IMG/VR virus record: IMGVR_UViG_2802429237_000004
Span: 1-32,306 of that record
Direction: 5' to 3' (one strand)
Length of the DNA: 32,306 nucleotides
Source of the DNA: a virus
Lineage: Duplodnaviria > Heunggongvirae > Uroviricota > Caudoviricetes
Shown here: one piece after another, positions 27,739 to 32,306 of the stretch
How the letters are laid out: each line of letters starts with the position of its first letter
Numbering within the stretch: the first letter of the stretch is position 1
Program-made: the position numbers and the translations under genes
The notes under the pieces: model-generated
What the model was told of the DNA's origin: nothing
What the model saw: only the letters and a program-made list of their open reading frames with translations
The model's database searches: none

Positions 27739-27987
27739 ATGTTGAACCCGGTTGAAAGAGAGCGTTTAGAGCAACTTGAAAACGAGATCTCCAGTCTTCG
27801 CGATGAGGTTGCTGTTCAACGAATTCTTGTTTCAGGTCTGATCCACTCCTTATTTCGAACTGACTCAGCAAATCAATCTGCATTTTTTGAGCTCCTCCGC
27901 GAAGAATTAAACAAACTTCCTTTAGGTTCGGTTAAACAACAAGAATTCACTCATCTGATACAGACACTGATAGATCGTTACCGATAA
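27739..27987 (+). CDS. Small coiled-coil protein encoded opposite to the early operon
   Basis: 82-aa ORF with a strong AAGGAA Shine-Dalgarno 7 nt before the ATG; heptad-like N-terminus (ERERLEQLENEISSLRDEV); competes with an overlapping minus-strand ORF. Confidence 0.4.
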   Translation: MLNPVERERLEQLENEISSLRDEVAVQRILVSGLIHSLFRTDSANQSAFFELLREELNKLPLGSVKQQEFTHLIQTLIDRYR

Positions 27988-28217
27988 ATACTTCGCCGAT
28001 AACGTTCAAGAGGTGATGTCTTTATACGCATCACTTCTTGTACTTTTTCACCACGTATAAAGGTTCCATCCTTTAGCGTGAAAAAGTAGCTACCATCGCC
28101 CGACAACGACGGATAGCAACAGAGCAAATCATCTTCAGGTACTGAATAACTCTCCCCTCTGTAACGAAACTGATAAACCACTTCACTTTCTGCCGCATAC
28201 ATTTGGACTTTCTCCAT
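27978..28217 (-). CDS. Hypothetical early protein
   Basis: 79-aa ORF (MEKVQMYAAESEVVYQFRYRGESYSV...) with a plausible protein-like composition; overlaps the 3' part of the upstream ORF in another frame. Confidence 0.45.
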   Translation of the reverse strand: MEKVQMYAAESEVVYQFRYRGESYSVPEDDLLCCYPSLSGDGSYFFTLKDGTFIRGEKVQEVMRIKTSPLERYRRSIYR

Positions 28218-28369
28218 TTTCTCGTGGTCAATTCAGACAGCAATTCATCTTGTGAATGACATGGATGCCAGCGTTTACCATCCTCTCCCATGATCCAGCC
28301 GTGACCGTAGTGCATTGCCGGGCTTTGTTTTACCAGCAGCGATGCAAATGATGGTTCTTTCGTCAGCAT
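28073..28369 (-). CDS. Hypothetical early protein, possibly frameshifted relative to the downstream ORF
   Basis: Start set at MLTKEPSF (GAGGTG Shine-Dalgarno); the C-terminal 45 or so codons run through the next ORF in another frame and look non-protein-like. Confidence 0.3.
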   Translation of the reverse strand: MLTKEPSFASLLVKQSPAMHYGHGWIMGEDGKRWHPCHSQDELLSELTTRKWRKSKCMRQKVKWFISFVTEGRVIQYLKMICSVAIRRCRAMVATFSR

Positions 28370-28376
28370 AAGCACC

Positions 28377-28886
28377 TCACAGCAAACCGAATGAAGCACC
28401 GAGGCCAGTCACAGTATCAACTGCACTCGCCATCGCAGGGTTAGCCTGTAAACGGGCCTGCAATGAAACAGCCGCCAGCGCCATCAGTCGTGTTACAGAA
28501 TTAATGCTGCTGATGGCATCACGACGACCGGCACTGGTTTTTACATCGCCAGATACCGCACCTGCAGCAACACGCCCGATCTCTGCGGTTGCACTCATGA
28601 CGTAATGTGGCAGTTTCTCTTTTGCCACCTCATTAATCGGTACACATGGCAGACAATGAATCTGTGCCAGAAAACCATCTACCAGCGTTGAATCTTCAGT
28701 CAGATCGGTAAGCAGCCAGATTTCTGGTGCGGTTAATAAATGAGGTTGAGCTGGGTTCAGCTTGTTCCGCAGAATCTGCACATTCATGCCAGCACGTTCT
28801 GCCAGTTGCACCAGGTTGTGGCGCAATGCGAATGCACGACAGGCTTCATCAAAATGTGGATGTTTGGAAACTTGGTAATCAAACAT
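28377..28886 (-). CDS. cII: CII-like lysogeny establishment regulator (186 CII family)
   Basis: Start set at [24 protein letters not shown] (169 aa), which closely matches my recollection of coliphage 186 CII; second gene after apl. Confidence 0.8.
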   Translation of the reverse strand: MFDYQVSKHPHFDEACRAFALRHNLVQLAERAGMNVQILRNKLNPAQPHLLTAPEIWLLTDLTEDSTLVDGFLAQIHCLPCVPINEVAKEKLPHYVMSATAEIGRVAAGAVSGDVKTSAGRRDAISSINSVTRLMALAAVSLQARLQANPAMASAVDTVTGLGASFGLL

Positions 28887-28918
28887 GGTCGATACCCCTG
28901 ATGTATCCCAAAATGGAA

Positions 28919-29140
28919 CTAGTTGAATACAACATTGCAATCAGTAAGTGCATCAACGGTAAGAGCAGCAAGGTTGATCATCACCTTTTCTCTTTTCTTG
29001 TCTTTCCGAAGACGATGCCGAGGGATGCGACCGTCAGCCAGCATATCGTTAATTGTATCGATTGAAAGACCAGTAAGTTCGCTATAACGCTCAATTGTGA
29101 CATGTGGCGTATTCAGAGTTATTGAAATGTTAGGGGTCAT
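28919..29140 (-). CDS. apl: Apl/Cox-like excisionase and lytic-switch regulator
   Basis: 73-aa HTH protein, first gene of the lytic operon, divergent from the CI-like repressor gene as in 186. Confidence 0.7.
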   Translation of the reverse strand: MTPNISITLNTPHVTIERYSELTGLSIDTINDMLADGRIPRHRLRKDKKREKVMINLAALTVDALTDCNVVFN

Positions 29141-29181
29141 GATGCAACATCTCCTATTGGCTTGTGGTGAGCCGGTTTGAA

Positions 29182-29201
29182 TTGTGACCAGAACTTCACA
29201 A
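29182..29201. promoter_or_regulatory. Candidate operator palindrome in the apl/cI switch region
   Basis: TTGTGA-N8-TCACAA perfect inverted repeat in the 88-nt gap between the divergent apl and cI-like genes. Confidence 0.35.
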
Positions 29202-29228
29202 AACGGAGATTAGGATCTCATAACGGTT

Positions 29229-30167
29229 ATGTCAACTCAAAAAAACACATTTCGCCATGTTAGCGAGAGTCTAAAAACTTCAATAATGCAAAACCGTGGG
29301 GGACAGAAAGTAATTGAGCGTATACTTGTTGCGTATGGTTTTACTTCGCGGCAAGCATTTTGCAATCATCTGGGTATCTCACAAAGCACGATGGCCAACA
29401 GGTATGCTCGTGACACATTTCCTGCTGACTGGGTGATAATTTGCAGTATAGAGACCGGCGCATCTATCGACTGGTTGGCATCGGGAATCAGCTGTGAATC
29501 ATCCTCAGTTTTATTAAATGATGAACGTTTAGCCCATACCAAATCTGATGACCTGGATAGAACTAATTCAATAGCCCAAAAGTTCCCAATCGAGACCAGC
29601 ATAAATCCTAATAAAGGAGGGAAGGCGGCAATTGATCGCTTAGTCGCAGCCTACGGCTTTAGCACCCGACAAGCCCTAGCAAACCATTTGCAGGTTTCAA
29701 AAAGCACTGTAGCAAACAGGTACTTACGAGACACGTTTCCTAGCGACTGGATCATTCAATGCGCTCTTGAAACAGGAACTTCATTACTCTGGCTCACAAA
29801 CGGCAATGGCCCCAAATTTATCGATAATTCCAGCTCTGTAGCCCAACTTAAACACCAAACAATCATTGACGGTAAATTACATGATGAAGGCTACTTAGCA
29901 TTTGACAAGACGCTTATACCTTCCGGATTGAAAAAACCTATTGGAGTTACCGCAGAAGGAAAAACCTTTATTGCAGATACAGAATATGATGATGTTTCAG
30001 ATGGTAGTTGGTTGATTGAGATTGAAGGTAAAGTAAGTTTAAGAAAATTAACAAGAATTCCAGTTGGAAAAGTAAAAATCACATCAGATACAACTGATTT
30101 TGTTTGTAAGCTTGAAGACATTACAACCATCGCAAAATGTTGTTGCGTTTTTTCAAAGGAAATTTAA
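29229..30167 (+). CDS. cI: CI-like immunity repressor with two tandem 186 CI-type N-terminal HTH domains
   Basis: 312-aa ORF; two consecutive segments (ERILVAYGFTSRQAFCNHLGISQSTMANRYARDTFPADWVIICSIETGASIDWLASG and DRLVAAYGFSTRQALANHLQVSKSTVANRYLRDTFPSDWIIQCALETGTSLLWLTNG) each resemble the 186 CI N-terminal DNA-binding domain; AT-rich C-terminal third; start codon choice uncertain (weak Shine-Dalgarno). Confidence 0.7.
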   Translation: MSTQKNTFRHVSESLKTSIMQNRGGQKVIERILVAYGFTSRQAFCNHLGISQSTMANRYARDTFPADWVIICSIETGASIDWLASGISCESSSVLLNDERLAHTKSDDLDRTNSIAQKFPIETSINPNKGGKAAIDRLVAAYGFSTRQALANHLQVSKSTVANRYLRDTFPSDWIIQCALETGTSLLWLTNGNGPKFIDNSSSVAQLKHQTIIDGKLHDEGYLAFDKTLIPSGLKKPIGVTAEGKTFIADTEYDDVSDGSWLIEIEGKVSLRKLTRIPVGKVKITSDTTDFVCKLEDITTIAKCCCVFSKEI

Positions 30168-30177
30168 AGGAACATAC

Positions 30178-31167
30178 ATGAATTCTGAAAATAAAAAAAA
30201 TGAAAACAACGATTATGTTGAAAAAGTTAATTGCGAATGGAAAGATCTTTATAATATTTTAAATGAAAATCTGCATAAATTTAATGAAAATGAACGCGCC
30301 TACTTAGTCGACTTATTAAAAAAAGGTGAACTTGATAAATTCAGAGAATACTACTGGAAATTAGCCCAGCAAGAAAAAATGAACTACAGCGATAAAGCTG
30401 GAGATATTTTTATTAATGAAAACAATAAGATAGATGAATTAATAAAAGAACAAAAACATCTTCGAGAGATAATGCGATCATATACCAAACGTTTATTGGA
30501 GGCTGAAGAGTCCAAAGCTACGTTACATCTTCGGAATGAGAATTTAGAAAAACTAAATTCTGAAAAAGAAGCAATTATTGAGCAAGCCGTATCTAGAATA
30601 AAGCAACTTGAAGCATCTAACAGCGAATTACAAAGCCGAGTACAACAAGAAAGGATTGATGAGAAAATACCAGGATATGTCGATAGCGTTAAAAGTGAAC
30701 TAAGTTCAGATGACTTATATTTCATTAAAATGTCGCAAGTATGGGCTTTTACTGGCTGCATTTTCGGGCTACTTGCTGTATGTGCATCATTTTATACACT
30801 CTACGCCACAATTGACTTCAACAATGTTAAAGGCTTTGAGCTATTTTATTTTTTCACACGTGGTTTAATTGGTATTTCCATTCTTTCTTGGCTAGCATAT
30901 ATTTGCCTTGGCAACTCTAAAAAATATACCCATGAATCAATTTTGAGAAAAGATAGAAGACATGCACTAATGTTTGGGCAAGTATTCCTGCAAATTTATG
31001 GTTCCACGTCAACAAAAGAAGATGCTGTGTTAGTCTTTAAAGACTGGAATATGTCTGGTAACTCTGCATTTTCTGACAAAACAGAACTCCCTCCGGGAAT
31101 CCAATCTTTATGGGATTCAACCAAAGAAAAACTAAAGCCAAGTACCGCTGAAAAAGCACAGGAGTGA
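30178..31167 (+). CDS. AT-rich cargo gene: coiled-coil protein with two C-terminal TM helices
   Basis: Start set at the ATG with AAGGA Shine-Dalgarno (MNSENKKNENN...); about 330 aa; a roughly 200-aa Glu/Lys/Leu/Asn-rich heptad region, then two hydrophobic helices (VWAFTGCIFGLLAVCASFYTLYATI, LFYFFTRGLIGISILSWLAYICLG) and a 65-aa tail; very AT-rich; followed by its own terminator. Confidence 0.6.
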   Translation: MNSENKKNENNDYVEKVNCEWKDLYNILNENLHKFNENERAYLVDLLKKGELDKFREYYWKLAQQEKMNYSDKAGDIFINENNKIDELIKEQKHLREIMRSYTKRLLEAEESKATLHLRNENLEKLNSEKEAIIEQAVSRIKQLEASNSELQSRVQQERIDEKIPGYVDSVKSELSSDDLYFIKMSQVWAFTGCIFGLLAVCASFYTLYATIDFNNVKGFELFYFFTRGLIGISILSWLAYICLGNSKKYTHESILRKDRRHALMFGQVFLQIYGSTSTKEDAVLVFKDWNMSGNSAFSDKTELPPGIQSLWDSTKEKLKPSTAEKAQE

Positions 31168-31229
31168 GGCCAATGTTTATTTCACCCTAAACATACATTG
31201 ATAACTGTTTAAATATACAGTTAAATTTA

Positions 31230-31253
31230 GCCCTCTGATATGAGGGCTTTTTT
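31230..31253 (+). terminator. Rho-independent terminator between the cargo gene and int
   Basis: gccctc-tgatat-gagggc stem followed by TTTTTT that runs straight into the int ATG. Confidence 0.6.
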
Positions 31254-32306
31254 ATGGCAGTACGAAAACTCACCACAGGAAAATGGCTTTGCGAATGTTA
31301 CCCTGCCGGACGTAGTGGACGTCGTGTGCGTAAACAATTCGCCACCAAAGGCGAAGCTCTGGCTTTTGAGCGTCACACGATGGAAGAAACCGAAGCAAAA
31401 CCCTGGCTGGGTGAATCAGTGGATCGTCGAACACTGAAAGACGTGGTTGAGATATGGTTCAAACTACATGGTAAATCTCTGACAGCTGGGCAGCATGTCT
31501 ATGACAAATTGCTGTTGATGGTTGACGCTCTGGGAAATCCCATTGCAACCGATCTCACCTCTAAAATGTTTGCCCACTATCGAGATAAACGCCTGACAGG
31601 AGAGATCTACTTCAGCGAAAAATGGAAGAAAGGAGCAAGCCCGGTCACCATTAACCTGGAACAAAGCTATCTTAGTAGTGTTTTTAGCGAACTATCCCGC
31701 CTGGGCGAATGGTCGTATCCGAACCCACTGGAGAACATGCGAAAATTCACCATCGCAGAAAAAGAGATGGCATGGCTTACCCATGAGCAGATTGTTGAAT
31801 TACTGGCTGATTGCAAACGTCAGGACCCAATTCTGGCACTGGTAGTTAAGATATGCTTAAGCACAGGCGCACGCTGGCGTGAAGCTGTAAATCTTACCCG
31901 CTCACAGGTGACCAAATACCGAATTACCTTTGTAAGAACGAAGGGGAAGAAAAACAGAAGCATCCCTATCAGTAAAGAACTTTACGAAGAGATCATGGCG
32001 CTTGATGGGTTCAATTTCTTCACAGACTGCTATTTTCAATTTTTATCTGTGATGGGAAAAACGTCTATCGTGCTCCCTCGCGGTCAACTGACACACGTTC
32101 TGCGCCATACGTTTGCGGCGCATTTCATGATGTCGGGTGGAAATATCCTTGCTTTGCAAAAAATCCTCGGACATCACGACATAAAAATGACTATGCGTTA
32201 CGCACATCTGGCACCGGATCATCTGGAAACGGCGCTCCGTTTCAATCCTCTGGCAACGCTGCCAAGTGGCGACAAAGTGGCGGCAGCGGTTGGCATTACC
32301 CCGTAA
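31254..32306 (+). CDS. int: Tyrosine integrase (P2/186 family)
   Basis: 350-aa ORF; N-terminus MAVRKLTTGKWLCECYPAGRSGRRVRKQFATKGEALAFE and C-terminal catalytic region (..HVLRHTFAAH...HHDIKMTMRYAHL) typical of P2-family integrases; stop codon is the last three bases of the window. Confidence 0.9.
   Translation: MAVRKLTTGKWLCECYPAGRSGRRVRKQFATKGEALAFERHTMEETEAKPWLGESVDRRTLKDVVEIWFKLHGKSLTAGQHVYDKLLLMVDALGNPIATDLTSKMFAHYRDKRLTGEIYFSEKWKKGASPVTINLEQSYLSSVFSELSRLGEWSYPNPLENMRKFTIAEKEMAWLTHEQIVELLADCKRQDPILALVVKICLSTGARWREAVNLTRSQVTKYRITFVRTKGKKNRSIPISKELYEEIMALDGFNFFTDCYFQFLSVMGKTSIVLPRGQLTHVLRHTFAAHFMMSGGNILALQKILGHHDIKMTMRYAHLAPDHLETALRFNPLATLPSGDKVAAAVGITP

Noticed and set aside
27647-27883. 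78-aa minus-strand ORF overlapping the plus-strand coiled-coil ORF
   Set aside because: Overlaps the upstream early gene start and has no evident ribosome-binding site; the plus-strand ORF has a strong one. Neither is certain; I kept the plus-strand call at low confidence.
1-32306. Looked for CRISPR arrays, tRNA genes, IS elements or transposase genes
   Set aside because: No short regularly spaced direct repeats, no tRNA-like structures noticed, and no transposase-like ORF; the only mobile element evident is the prophage itself. The att sites are not within the window, since both edges fall on CDS stop codons.

Overview
The window is an essentially complete P2/186-family temperate myovirus prophage, running from the late activator gene ogr (stop codon at positions 1-3) to the integrase gene int (stop codon at the last three bases); the att sites must lie just outside. 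The minus strand carries the tail genes (D-U-T-E/E'-FII-FI, then G-H-I-J-W-V), tail completion genes (S, R), the lysis cassette (Y, K, lysB/lysC) and capsid genes (X-L-M-N-O); terminase P and portal Q are on the plus strand. The early side is 186-like: a CI-type repressor divergent from apl-cII, a tightly coupled early operon ending in Dam methylase and replication initiator A, and a LexA-box-controlled tum/dinI-like SOS operon. Three AT-rich cargo insertions stand out as the best candidates for an undescribed accessory system: (i) a 343-aa protein with a DUF4062-like N-terminus between a cos-like site and Q, (ii) a 2-TM membrane protein between S and V, and (iii) a coiled-coil/2-TM protein between the repressor and int. 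All functional calls rest on recalled family resemblance, motifs read from the ORF translations, and synteny; no database search or computation was run, and motif coordinates may be off by a base or two.
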